64,000 nt of DNA from Octopus vulgaris (taxonomy: Eukaryota): assembly GCA_951406725.2 (NCBI GenBank), contig OX597831.1:28396001-28460000 (forward strand). Reading direction: 5' to 3'. Made by a program: the position numbers and the translations under genes. Of this stretch, positions 14,145-27,142 are shown piece after piece; position 1 is the first letter of the stretch, and each line of letters starts with the position of its first letter. The notes below the pieces were generated by a model that ran no database searches, was not told where the DNA came from, and saw only the letters and a program-made list of their open reading frames with translations.

Positions 14145-14596
14145 GTGTGTGTGTGTATTTATGTATGTGTGCAAGTGGTGTGTCTGTGTAAGATCGTGTG
14201 GATGTGTGTGTGTGTGTGTGTATTTATGTATGTGTGCAAGTGGTGTGTCTGTGTAAGATCGTGTGGATGTGTGTGTGTGTGTGTATTTATGTATGTGTGC
14301 AAGTGGTGTGTCTGTGTAAGATCGTGTGGATGTGTGTGTGTGTGTGTATTTATGTATGTGTGCAAGTGGTGTGTCTGTGTAAGATCGTGTGGATGTGTGT
14401 GTGTGTATGTGCATTTATGTATGTGTGCAAGTGGTGTGTCTGTGTAAGATCGTGTGGATGTGTGTGTGTGTTTGTGTGTGTATTTATGTATGTGTGCAAG
14501 TGGTGTGTCTGTGTAAGATCGTGTGGATGTGTGTGTGTGTGTGTGTGTGTATTTATGTATGTGTGCAAGTGGTGTGTCTGTGTAAGATAGTGTGGA

Positions 14597-14615
<19 letters not shown>
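14145..14615. repeat. Minisatellite, 7 units of ~63-69 bp (TATTTATGTATGTGTGCAAGTGGTGTGTCTGTGTAAGATCGTGTGGA + variable (TG)n)
   Basis: Units begin near 14157, 14221, 14284, 14347, 14412, 14481 and 14550. Confidence 0.92.
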
Positions 14616-14633
<18 letters not shown>

Positions 14634-15327
14634 GGAGATCTTTTGTGTGTGTATACGGCTGTTATATGTGAATGCATGGGGTATGTATATGTGTACGTGT
14701 AATATGCCTATATGTATGTATGCGTATGCGAGCGTGCTTGTATATATGAATATATATGTGTGCCTGTATCTCTGTGTGTGTGCAGTATCAGTATGTTTGC
14801 GTGCTTGTGTGTGTGTCTGTGTGTCCGCGTGTGCGTGTGTGCGTGAGTCGATAATTCATTTTCAACTTAATTCAATAATAAATTATTTGATAATAAAATT
14901 TATAACCAGGTGGAAAGTGATAATACGTGATAAATAGCGACACAATAAACTCCATAATGTGTGTAACCATAGAGACGGAAAGGGAGATAACCCACATATA
15001 ACTCGTGTCACACCTGCCGCAGGGGAAAATGAACTAAAACAACTCATTTCTCTCCTCATCTTGGTTTTTCTAACCGCGTTATTATTGTTGTTGTTATTGC
15101 TGTTAATATTGTTATTGTTAATATTATTGCTGTCATTGTCGTTGTTGAGGTTTATGTTGTTCGTTACTGTTTTTGTTGTTATTGTTGTTGTTGTTGATGT
15201 TAATGTTCCTATCGTGGTTGCTACGGCTGTTGTTTTCGTTGTTGTTATTGATACTTTGTTGATATTGTTTTGCTGTTGCTGTTTTAGTTGGGTTGTCGTT
15301 GTTGTTATCGTTGTTGTTATCGTTATC

Positions 15328-15545
15328 AGCAGCGTACTGGCAAAATCGTTACAACGCCAGAGAAAATGCTTTGTGGTATTTTGTCCGTCTTTACATACTG
15401 AGTTCAAATTCCACCGAAGCCGACTCTGCATTTCATCCTTTTAGAATCGAAAAAAAAACAAGTACCAGTTAAACACTGGGGTCGATGTAATCGACTTACT
15501 CCTTCCCTCAACATTTCAAGTCTTCTGCCTATAGTAGAAACGATT
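15328..15545 (+). mobile_element. SINE family B copy
   Basis: Diverged head plus CATCCTTT core and GGGGTCGATGTAATCGAC tail region. Confidence 0.7.
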
Positions 15546-15592
15546 GGTTAGTTGGTGGTTAATGCGTGTTGGTACTATATTAGTTAGTCGAT

Positions 15593-15628
<36 letters not shown>

Positions 15629-15638
15629 GTACTCATAT

Positions 15639-16113
15639 AAACTACATCATCAGCAAATTAGATAGCCATATACAAGAAATACCCCCTTAAATTAGGCGCA
15701 TGGCTCAGTGGTTAGGGCGTAGAGCTTATGATCGTGAGGTTGTGAGTTCGATTCCCGAACCGGGCTATGTGTTGTGTTCTTGAGCAAGACACTTTATTTC
15801 ACGCCTGGTTCGGGAATCGAACTCACAACCTCACGATCGTAAGCTCGACGCCCTAACCACTGAGCCATGCGCCTTCACACACACACACACACACATACTC
15901 AAACACACACACACACACACACACATATACATATATGTGAAATAAAGGCGTGAAATAAAGTGTCTTGCTCAAGAACACAACACATAGCCCGGTTCGGGAA
16001 TCGAACTCACAACCTCACGATCATAAGCTCTACGCCCTAACCACTGAGCCATGCGCCTAATTTAAGGGGGTATTTCTTGTATATGGCTATCTAATTTGCT
16101 GATGATGTAGTTT
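15639..16113. repeat. Long inverted repeat (arms 15639-15805 and 15946-16113) containing a tRNA-derived SINE head (family D)
   Basis: Arms are reverse complements. The head GGCGCATGGCTCAGTGGTTAGGGCG...GAGTTCGATTCCCG has A and B boxes; a third partial head lies at 15807-15873. Confidence 0.9.
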
Positions 16114-17740
16114 CACTCTTTTACAGAGTGTCAGGCCATTTTGAGCATTATAATATTTGTAATAAATTCTCGAAAGAGTACAAAAATGTATTTTTAATTT
16201 TGAAAATATGTCCTTCTTTGAAATGAAACTCCATACCTTCTAATAAATAATTGCACATTTTTACTGTTCGGTTGGTTACATATTCCGAGATTTAGTTCCG
16301 AATGTAGTTTGCTACTATCATTAAAAAATGTGTTTTTCACTTTTATAGAGCGAAGCGTTTTTTCCATAACCTTTTTCATTTTTTGATCATGAAGTAATAT
16401 AGACAGATTTTGAAAAGTGTTTCCCAGAACTTTCATATTTTGGGGCTTAAGAGTTACTATAGACGTTTTAAAATCACCGATTTTGCTTTTCGAAATACCT
16501 GAATATCGATTTATTTTACTCCTAAATTGCCAGATTAATTTAATTCAAAGAGCATTTTCTATTCTTTTACTCTTTTACTTGTTTCAGTCATTTGACTGCG
16601 GTCATGCTGGAGCACCGGCTTTAGTCAAGCAAATCGACCCCAGGACTTATTCTTTGTAAGCCTAGTACTTATTCTATCGGTTCTCTTTTGCTGAACAGCT
16701 AAGTTACGGGGACATAAACACACCAGCATTGGTTGTCAAGCGGTGTTGGGGGGACAAACACAGACACACACACACACACACACACATATTTATATATATA
16801 TATATACATATACATATACGACGGGCTTCTTTCAGTTTCCGTCTACCAAATCCACTCACAAGGCTTTGGTCGACCCGAGGCTATAGTAGAAGACACTTGC
16901 CCAAAGTGCCACACAGTGGGACTGAACCCGGAACCATGTGTTTCGTAAGCAAGCTACTTACCACACAACCACTCCTGTGCCTATTGATAAGTATTTTCTT
17001 AATTTCTACTACATTATTATCTTTGAGAAAATTCGTTTCGCTAAATTATATGGAATGTTATCTAGAATAAAATTCGGTTGGCATAATGTAAATAGATGTC
17101 ATGGTTCTGTAGATCTCTAATCTTGGTTTCTTTTATCACCTGTATGTCCGAGAAAAAGAAGTTGTTGCTGTACCCTACAATAAAGTGGTTGTGAAGGGTT
17201 ATTCTGCTTATGAGATTTTTAGCAAATTTGATCCACTGATCAAGATTTTCCTTTCTCAATCAATCACTCAGGAATCTTTTCTAATTTTCTTCCAAATAAT
17301 CACTTCAAATATTTCCAAATACATGAGACGATTGTTCACAGAATTCATGGTATCCTTAAAGTTACGCCGGCTTACGCAAACCATTGCAGTACCTAATTTT
17401 TATCAAACCTTATATAAAGTAATCACTTTCTAAAATAAATTGAAGCCCATCTGCACTAATTAACATCAATATAGTCTGGTAATTCATAAGTAAATAAATC
17501 ATGCCGATATTTGATATCTTTGATTTACGAGGAAATTCTACTTGAATTGCATCACGTTTAATATAAATATTTTCCTTTACCTTATTTGGCAGATGGTGGA
17601 GAATATTAAGATCATCTGTTATGAAGCTCATTATATGTGACGTAATATGTCTAGAAAATTACTTATGTAATATGTCTTCCATAAGTGGCTTGCACTAATG
17701 AATTTCAATTTTAAATCTTTCGGGAAATAGAAATAGTTTT
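16060..17740 (-). pseudogene. Heavily decayed Penelope-like RT/GIY-YIG element, interrupted by a SINE
   Basis: Minus-strand fragments YSNNFFFSDIQVIKETKI (cf. LPFLDILIKK), CQPNFILDNIPYNLAKRI (cf. CHPRHTRMNVPFCLARRI), MKKVMEKTLRSIK, ICNQPNSKN and RVKLHHQQIR*PYTRNTPL (cf. RMAVHKSQIRNPDYRKIPV) are colinear with the ORF at 27.7 kb; many stops and frameshifts. Confidence 0.7.
16562..16984 (-). mobile_element. SINE family A copy nested in the decayed PLE
   Basis: Full-length family A match. Confidence 0.88.
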
Positions 17741-17964
17741 CGCCCTGTTGCAGGATTCGAATATCAATTTGCTTTTGTGTATTATTTGTTAATCCACAGA
17801 ATACTCTCATTTATATTTAATATTCGTAAGGTAATTCAGGTTTTGTACCTTTCAAAGTTTTTTTTTATATATATAAATGTGGTAAACCTACTCACTGCCT
17901 TATCAATCTTCTGGTTGCAGTTAATGTCAGAGTTGTTGTTATTTTTATTAAGCTATTGCATACT

Positions 17965-18312
<348 letters not shown>

Positions 18313-19151
18313 TCGGTCGAGATCAATTTGACTTCAATCCTTTCGAGGTCAATAAAGTCCCAGTCAATTACTTGAGTCACTGATACCGACTAATATCCTC
18401 TCTTCAAAACTGTTGGCTTTGTGTCCATTGAAGAAAGTATCATTATTGTTATAGCAATATTAATAATAATAATAATAACAACAACAACAATAATAATAAT
18501 AATAATAATGATTGTTGTTGTTGTTCTTTTGTTATTTTGCCTCCATTATCACGTGATCTGCATTGTTAGTCGACTTAAACCGACAGCGAAGGTACATCTC
18601 CAGTAAACAAAACTGTAGTCCCGTGGGAGGTATCTACTCCCACTTCACCCCACATCGTACCACCCATCCCTTCCATCTGTACATCACGGGACTTGAGCCC
18701 CCACTTCTCCTCACCCTCATCTTTTCTGGCATCAGTACAGCATCATTTTTACAATCAAAGATGGAGTTGGCATAAACAATTATAATGTGATTAGTATGGA
18801 GTAGGTGAGTGGCATGAAGGTGGAGGGTGGGGCTGGGAGGGAGTTGTGTTTGTGTATAAAAGTTGCTGTGTGTATGTTAATGTGTATGTGTGTGAGTTAG
18901 TGAGTACCTGGAAATTTGGCACCAGTTCTATAACGTGGGAGGCGGTAAAAGAGGGGAAGTGATAGGTATGGTAGGTTTCATATGGTGGTGATGGTGTCGG
19001 TGGTGGTGATGGTGACGGTGGTTGTGGCGCTGATGTTTTCTAGTAAAATAGGGAGATATTTTATTTATACAAGCTTCTGTGTATTAAATACACACACACA
19101 CATATGTAGGTATGTATCTATGTATCTATCGATAAATGTTTATGCATGTAT

Positions 19152-19200
<49 letters not shown>

Positions 19201-20254
19201 TACACACACACACATATATATATATACACACACACACATATACACATATATATATGTAGCATATATACATACATGCATGCATATTTATATACATATATTT
19301 ATATTGGTAAACATGCATATATATACATGTATATACATGTATACCACTATATATATATATAGGGAGAGAAAGAAAGAGAGAGAGAGTTATTAGCGAAGAA
19401 TAATCAATCCGGGGAAAATGCTTTACAAGCTCCCTGTAAATACAACAGGCAAACAATATTTTTTAGATTAGTCAAAAGCTCCATGTTGTCTTGTGGCATG
19501 GTCAGAGGTTAGAGTTTATCACCATTCTATATTGTAAATCCGTGGTTGCATTCCCAGTTCAACAGGTCTTTTACAAAGAGTTATATGCAAGACAAGGAAT
19601 ACATAATGGTCATTATTGCGATAAATTTGACTTACAGCTGTTTCTGGTAGTCATTATAGGTTCATTATTCACTGGTTTACTCAGTCGGCTCATTGATTGG
19701 GGGGAAAAAATTGAACGACCAAGAGAATTAGTCCATTCTACTCTAGGAACAAGGGATCTTTTCCTTTTGAACGGCACAAGTCAACACAATTTCTAGTTAA
19801 CTAAACACTTTTAAACTTCGTATACTGGTAGAATGTGTTTATAAAACATCATTTTTTCTTGGCTTTATTGAGAAAATTCTATATGTTGTAACATATTTCG
19901 TCTTTAATTTCGAGCATTTCGGCAATTTTAACCAATCGCTGACCTCCATTTAGGTAAACAACATTCCATGCTGTATGAATATGTCGCTCGTTTAAGAAAC
20001 ACATTGGGTTTATTTACATTTGTGAAGAAAAAAGATACTCCCCCCCTAACCCTAACCAAACGTTTTGTTGAACCTTGGATAATTTTTCTGTTGGAATTGT
20101 TGAGTGTTTATTGTTGAACATTTTCGATCTGTTGAACTTTGTTGAACTTAGAAACTTTGAAAATTTTTGTGCTTTTTTCTCGGTGACAGGAGAAAGTAAT
20201 TGTTTGTGTAAAGCCATTTTTGCAGTTGTGAATTGTTGAAATATTGAACTTGTT

Positions 20255-20690
20255 AAAGACGTTGTAAGCTTTATTGTCGTGCCCCACCCTCAGCGGGGGT
20301 GGGATTTGAACTCATTAAGAGGGAAAAAATATTATAGGTTTCCCGCGTTTAGGGATAATCAATTTATTATTATGTGAAAAATTTAATTTTAGTCGTTGTA
20401 GGCTTTATTGCGGCACCCCGCTCCCAGCGGGTGTGAGATTTGAACTGTTGTCCTCGTTGTGAGGAAAAGGAAAAAAAAAAACACATTATAGGTTTCTCGT
20501 TTTTTGGGGATACTGTATTTTTATTATTGTGTGAAAAATTTAATTTCGAACGTTGTAGGTTTTGTTGTTACGTCTCGCGCCCCAGCGGGGGTGGGATTTG
20601 AACTGTCGTCCTCGTTGAGAGGAAAAAAAAATTAAAAAATTATAGGTTTCCTGTTTTCTGGGATTAAATTGTATATAAATTTATTTCGAA
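20255..20690 (+). repeat. Three ~125-160-bp tandem units in the putative 5' UTR of a Tx1-like LINE
   Basis: GTTGTA(A/G)G(C/T)TTT...CAGCGGG..GGATTTGAACT...GAAAAAA..ATTATAGGTTTC recurs at ~20260, ~20395 and ~20552, immediately before ORF1. Confidence 0.75.
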
Positions 20691-20695
20691 CAAAT

Positions 20696-21480
20696 ATGTC
20701 GGTCGAAATAATTTCAGAGAAAAATTCACTGGAAGAGCCAGTTAAGAAATTTTCAGCAGTTACCGCAGTGGCTACTGAAAACGTCGAACTACAAAAGAAA
20801 AAGCTCTCTGAGCTTTTTGAAAAAAATGAAAGAAGAGGTGGGTGATATAAAAATATCACCCTCACCCAGTGTTGAAAAATTGATAAGAGGGACAGTTGTT
20901 TTCAAAACATACTGTCCTTCAACAAAGAAATTTAAGCACTTTGAGCAGTGCAAAATTGAAAAATGCCTGGCTCCCATATGGGAAGACAAAGTATATAGCG
21001 AGGGGCTGTACTTATGGCACAGTAGAGGCCAGGTTTGATACAGAAGTAAAAGCCAATATCACTCAGTGAGTCCCCTGTAAACGAAGGAGTTGGTACTTCT
21101 GCCAACCTACATGGGGAGACGAACTGCTCGAGTAAAAGTGACAGAAGTGCCACATGAAGTTGATGTAAGGGAGACGAAGGCCGCCTTGTTGTATAACAGG
21201 ACGGACAAAATCGCCTTCCTTCAGATCACAAGCCCTGCCCCACAAAACTGTCTCGGGCAGAGCATTTTTCCCATTATTCAGGGAACTCAGGAAGATATCG
21301 AAATACTTCCAGAGAGGGTGCTCTTGGGTGAGGATATCGCCCTCAGAATACAAGTAGAGGGCAAAAAGCCAACGTGTTACGAATGTGGCAAAAAAGGCCA
21401 CATCCGTATAGACTGTGAACAATAGAAAGGAAAAGGGGCGCAGGCCCCTCAGTTGCAAAAAAAGACACCAAATCCGCACA
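20696..21480 (+). pseudogene. Frameshifted Tx1/L1-clade non-LTR retrotransposon ORF1 (gag-like, CCHC zinc knuckle)
   Basis: ATG at 20696; segments MSVEIISEK..., IRGTVVFKTY..., LLPTYMGRRTARVKV..., IQVEGKKPTCYECGKKGHIRIDC (Cx2Cx4Hx4C) in different frames. Confidence 0.78.
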
Positions 21481-21491
21481 CGCATTCAAAA

Positions 21492-21572
21492 TAACTACAC
21501 ATCAGTGACTGAATTCTATTTCATTACTGTTTCACCTGATTTTGGTTCGAGCTCATATATATATATATATAT

Positions 21573-21634
<62 letters not shown>

Positions 21635-21743
21635 GCACATATATATATGTATATATATATGCATATATATAGATATGCACATATATATATGTATATATAT
21701 ATGCGTATATACATACATGCATATATATATATATATGTATATC

Positions 21744-21783
<40 letters not shown>

Positions 21784-21843
21784 CTCGAACCAAAATCAGA
21801 TGAAACAGTAATGAAATAGAATTCAGTCACTGATGTGTAGTTA
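21492..21843. repeat. 62-bp inverted repeat pair (21492-21553 and 21782-21843) enclosing a CA/TA microsatellite
   Basis: Reverse-complement arms with one visible mismatch. Confidence 0.9.
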
Positions 21844-22297
21844 CGTGGAATCTCTAAACGATACAAACCGCGCACTTTTGACCGTACGTTTTCTTCTCTT
21901 TCAACTATCTATAACAACCACATTACATTTATCTTATATTGTGTATATATATATATACCTAATTTCCTTTCAATCACGAGACGCAATGAAGAAGTAAAAC
22001 GTCTTGTGATCACTCATACCAAAAGAGCATATACAAGGAAGAGCAAAATTACAGTAAGACCAGTATTGATTTTTCAAATTTATTTTCGCCTCTTTGGCAG
22101 ATTTCCATATATTTATGATGGATATTGTGTAGTTAATATGGCGGGCTTCACTTTTGTAGAATCTCACGAAATATCTTTGTAGTATTCATTTACGAATCTT
22201 AAAATTTGTCTTCATTTTCTGCCGATGCTTGATATTGTTTTTCTTTTATGATACTTATTTCTTATTGCTATTATTTTTACAATAATTGTTGTTATTG

Positions 22298-22476
22298 TTA
22301 CTCTTTTACTAGTTTTAGTCATTTGACTGTGGTCATGCTGGAGCACCGTCTTTTAGTCGAGCAAATCGACCCCAGGACTTATTCTTTGTAAGCCTAGTAC
22401 TTTATTCTGTCTGCCTCTTTTGCCGAACTGGGGACGTAAACACACCAGCATCGGTTATCAAGCGATGTTGTGGGGA

Positions 22477-22534
<58 letters not shown>

Positions 22535-22798
22535 CATATATACGACGGGCTTCTTTCAGTTTCCGTCTACTAAATCCACTCACAAGGCTTCGGTTGGCCC
22601 GAGGCTATAGTAGAAGACATTTGTCCAAGGTGCCACGCAATGGGACTGAACCCGGAACCATGTGGTTCGTAAGCAAGCTACTTACCACACAGCATCCAAA
22701 CACTTTGCTCGTGGTCTACCCCAAGGTACCCTGCCAGTTCCTTCAGCTTATTACACCTGTGGTTCATAAGCAAGCTACTTACCACACAGCCACTCCTG
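22298..22798 (-). mobile_element. SINE family A copy with internal insertion and 33-bp duplication
   Basis: Family A match; TGTGGTTC(G/A)TAAGCAAGCTACTTACCACACAGC occurs at 22661 and 22758. Confidence 0.85.
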
Positions 22799-22799
22799 T

Positions 22800-23397
22800 T
22801 GTTTCCATTGTTCTTCGACGAACTGTTGTTGTCGCATGTAAGAGAAACCCAACTATCAAACGAGTCCGTCATGGGGATCAGCCCACCACCCACTATCAAC
22901 AAATCAGGGCAGGCGGTATTCCTCTGTCCTGTGGCTATGGTAAAAAAAAAAGGGCTTAGTAGAAGACGAGGCTGAAAGGACTGAGGAAAAACAAATTTCT
23001 GTTTCGGAAACGCCCTCATCCAATTTTTTAATGTTCCACTTGGAAAAGAAAATATGAGCGGAGAAGGAATTGCTCTCTTCCAGTAAACTTGTGAATAAGT
23101 GACTGTGACAAAAAGGGTTAGGGTAAATATCCCTACTCTAAGTATGCACCTGTAGATTGGACGAGAGCTCGTACCTTTGGTTGTCAGGGTAATCCTGGAT
23201 CTGTGGGTCCCTTGAATGACCCTATATGGAGGTTCTTCTGTATCAGGAGGACAACATCTTATGTGTTCACATACCTTGCATATTTTTACCTCTTTTCATC
23301 GTCTTTTCCCCACCACATTTTATGTAAGTCTTCACACAAATTGTAGATTCTTCTTGTATTGTCCCTCTCGTCTATGCCCACGTGGCAAATAAAGAAA
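22800..23397 (+). mobile_element. Decayed 3' end of a Tx1/L1-like LINE (ORF2 C-terminus, 3' UTR, AATAAA, (ATC)n tail)
   Basis: Fragments LLSHVRETQLSNESVMGISPPP..GQAVFLCPVAMVK and FHLEKKI*AEKELLSSS are homologous to 61630-61860; ends GGCAAATAAAGAAATCATCATC. Confidence 0.65.
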
Positions 23398-23561
23398 TCA
23401 TCATCGTCATCATCATCATCATCATCATCATCATATCCCCATTTTTCTACTACGACTACTTTCGATAGTCAATCGATTAAGTACCAGTTAAGCACTGGTG
23501 TCGATGTAATCGACTGGTCCCTTCCCCCAAAATTTCAGGCCTTGTGCCTTTAGTAGAAAGG

Positions 23562-23630
<69 letters not shown>

Positions 23631-23689
23631 GTTGTTGCTGTTACTGTTGTTGTTGTTATTGTTATTGTTGTTGCTGTTGTTATTGTTGT

Positions 23690-23816
23690 TGCAAATGTGT
23701 GGTATTGAGCAGAATATTTGCTGTAGCCCATCTTTTATACCAAGACAAAACAATGTACATGATAAGACTTCCAATCAGTTAAGATCAGAAGCCATGAGAG
23801 CCACTGCCTGGTACTG
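23690..23816 (-). mobile_element. Second fragment of the (AAT)n-embedded retroposon seen at 2130-2702
   Basis: Matches 2580-2700; flanked by triplet arrays. Confidence 0.65.
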
Positions 23817-23904
<88 letters not shown>

Positions 23905-24538
23905 TTTGAGTTAATAAAAATACAGTATCAGTCAAGTATTGGGGCCAATGTAATCGACTAATATCCCTCCTTATAATTGCAGGGTTTGTATCTAACCTAG
24001 AAACAATTTTCCTCTTTCCCGTTCTCCCCCACTTTCTCTTCCTCTCCTTCTTCATCATCATCGTTATTTATACGCTTTACCACGACATGACATTTTACTG
24101 CGTTAGATTTTGGACGATTATGTTGCAACATCGAATTCCTATTTGTTGTCAAAGAAAGGTGAGTAGTTTCTTTTTATTTTTATTCGTAGAAATTGGAGAG
24201 AAGAATAAAAAAACAAAATCAAATCAAAAATAATAATAATAAAAAAGAAACAACGGGCATTTTAAAAATACTTTATTTTTATGTTAGCTGATATTCAACA
24301 TTGTTTGTTGGCAAGAAACGTCTCTGGAAAATAAAAAAAAGAAAAGAAGGACTTGACAGCAAGCATAGATAACATACAATTACGAAAAACAAAAAAAGAA
24401 GAAAATGGACGAAAATATCACAAAAGAAAGAAAATGGAGATTTCGAAAAGAAAACAAACAAGGATTTTGGGATTTTAAATACGAACGAGACCGATTTTGT
24501 TGCTTCGCTTAACAGCAGCAGCAAGTAGAAGAAGAAGA

Positions 24539-24578
<40 letters not shown>

Positions 24579-24721
24579 CTACTAAAACAACAACAACAAC
24601 AACAACAGCAACAGTGACAACGACAACAACAAAACACCAACAACAAAACACCAACAACAGCAAATACAACAACAACCACGGCGAAGACGACAGCACCAAG
24701 AGTAGCATGTATCTTTATTAT

Positions 24722-25093
24722 CTTTCACTTGTTTCAGCCACATTGACTGTGGCCATGCTGGGGCACTGCCTTGAAAGATTTAGTCGAAGAAATCGACTCC
24801 AGGACTTATTTTATTTTTTAAAACCTAGTTCTTGTTCTATCAGTGCCTTTTAACGAACCGCTACGTTACGGGGACGTAGATGCACCAACACCGGTTGTCA
24901 AGCAGTGGTGTGGGACAAGCACACACACACATACACACGCACACGAGGAGCTTCTTTCTGTTTCCATCTACTTCTATTATAGTCCGAGATTATAATAGAA
25001 GACACTTGCCCAAGGTGAGACGCAGTGGGACTGAACCCGGAACCGCGTGGTTAGGAAGCAAGCTTCTTACCACACAGCCCCGCCTACGCCTAT
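24722..25093 (-). mobile_element. SINE family A copy (diverged)
   Basis: Family A head and tail. Confidence 0.8.
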
Positions 25094-25128
25094 AACTTTG
25101 TCAATGTTACATTCTTTGAAGAAATTGC

Positions 25129-25163
<35 letters not shown>

Positions 25164-25466
25164 CAAGGAAAAATTATAAAAAGGCAGAATGCTAAATTGA
25201 AGGTAAATTTTAATGAAAATGGGTGTATGGAAAATTTTGAAAAATTAACAATATATATATATATACACACATACACAATCTACTCGTAAACTAACAAGAG
25301 ATCGCACTGCAAAAGCAACTCAGGCGTCCAACATTTTCCTAAAGAAGGCTGTATTATTAAAGGGCAGTTCTATAATTCATTATTAAAGCATTTACATTGC
25401 CTTGTTTGTTCTTTATATTTAGTCTATAGCAGCAAACTCAGGATATTAAATATGAGATATACACGT

Positions 25467-25786
25467 GCAGGCGTAGCTGTGTGGTAAGAAGTTTGCTTAC
25501 CAAACACATGGTTTTGGGTTCATTTCCACTGCGTGTCACATTGGGACATTGGGCGAGTGTCTCCAATTCGCCTCAGGTTGACCAAAGCATTGTGAGTGGA
25601 TTTGGTAGACGGAAAATGAAAGAAACCCATCTTGTATATATATATATATATATTAAATATTTTATTTTATAGAAGGAGCTTCTACAGGACTAAATTACTT
25701 TACTCTGCTATGTATTGAGTACCTTATTTACTGTGGTTAACCCCGACTCAACCAGGGACCTACATATATATTAAATATATATATAC

Positions 25787-25852
<66 letters not shown>

Positions 25853-25975
25853 AATACATATATACATATACAAATACATACATATATACGTGTGAGTGTT
25901 ATACATATATATATATATATACATACTTTTATATATATATATAAGTATATATGTGTGTTATACATACATGAACAC

Positions 25976-26022
<47 letters not shown>

Positions 26023-26240
26023 CACACACACCTCTGTGTGTTCGTGTGTATGTATATAACGATGTGTATTTTTGTATTCGTTTATGTCATCGTAACTTAG
26101 CGGTTCAGCCAAAGGACCCGATGGAATAAGAATGAGACGTAGAAATTTGTTCAGGGGTTGATTTGTTCAAGCAAATTGTTCAAGGCGGTACTCCAGTAAG
26201 GCCGCAGTCGAATGACTGAAACAAGTTTATGAAAGATACG
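25467..26240 (+). mobile_element. Diverged SINE family A, split by an expanded microsatellite and an insert
   Basis: Head at 25467-25635, tail at ~26040-26240. Confidence 0.65.
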
Positions 26241-26871
26241 TGCATTGTGTCGGACTTTCTTTAAAAACAAAGCCCATGAAGGATCCTATTTCTCGCGAGT
26301 GACATCATAATCGCGTGAGCAGATATACCACCAAATCAATAAAAGTCTATAAATGCATGAAGATAGAGTTTCCGCTAGATATAAAAGATCTATCGTGGAT
26401 GAATAGCGCTCAGATTCTACACCATTAAAAATACTCTGCATAAAGGAATTAACAGAAAGGATATAACAATCTCTGCACAATAAATGATACAGAAATAATT
26501 TAGTGGACCAAACTATAGAACAATTGTGAAACATATTGAATAGACACGCCAACAGATACGACAGCTTGTTAAAACAACAAACTGCATATAAAATGTATAC
26601 GACATGAACTAAGACGTACTTTGCCTATAGAACAAGTGAATACGGTAGGAAAAAAACGTAAGACAAAAACAAACTCTTCAAACAGAATAGCCACAAGCTT
26701 TACATTCAATTATAAACAAGGTTTAATAATTTATTACAAAAATGCAGCTAGGCATATTCATACGTACATGAATATATATGTGCGTATCTACTCGTAAACA
26801 TATACAGTCACACATACACACACATATAAGCATGTACATAGAGTTAAAATAAAAATAAAATATATGTGTAT

Positions 26872-26960
<89 letters not shown>

Positions 26961-27004
26961 TCACACACAGAAGGTGTTTTTTGCAGTGAATTTTTTTCAT
27001 CCTG

Positions 27005-27140
27005 CACATCACCATGGCGCTACTTCCAGTGAACGGATTATTTCGAAGGGACTTTGGCCACCAAGACCACCTGATTTAACACTGCCAGATTTTTTTCTGG
27101 GGAAGCAAGTAAAGGATCAGTGTACAAGAATCGCCCGAAA
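27005..27140 (+). pseudogene. Tc1/mariner-superfamily transposase C-terminal fragment
   Basis: RIISKGLWPPRPPDLTLPDFFLG matches the WPPRSPDLTPLDFFLWG motif. Confidence 0.72.
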
Positions 27141-27142
27141 AC

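Noticed and set aside
15693-15765. tRNA-like sequences (also at 33520-33598, 36090-36167, 51500-51578 and 10030-10070)
   Set aside because: They have A and B boxes but no closed acceptor stem, and most continue into SINE bodies; treated as SINE heads, not tRNA genes.
19491-19796. 101-aa non-repetitive plus-strand ORF
   Set aside because: Starts at TTG, has no recognisable motif, and is within the length expected by chance.
20044-20058. Telomere or interstitial telomeric array
   Set aside because: Only two CCCTAA units; noted only as a possible insertion context.
24107-24158. Plus-strand 52-nt micro-exon candidate ending AAG|GTGAGT
   Set aside because: Weak acceptor, no recognisable product and no partner exon; isolated donor motifs are expected by chance.
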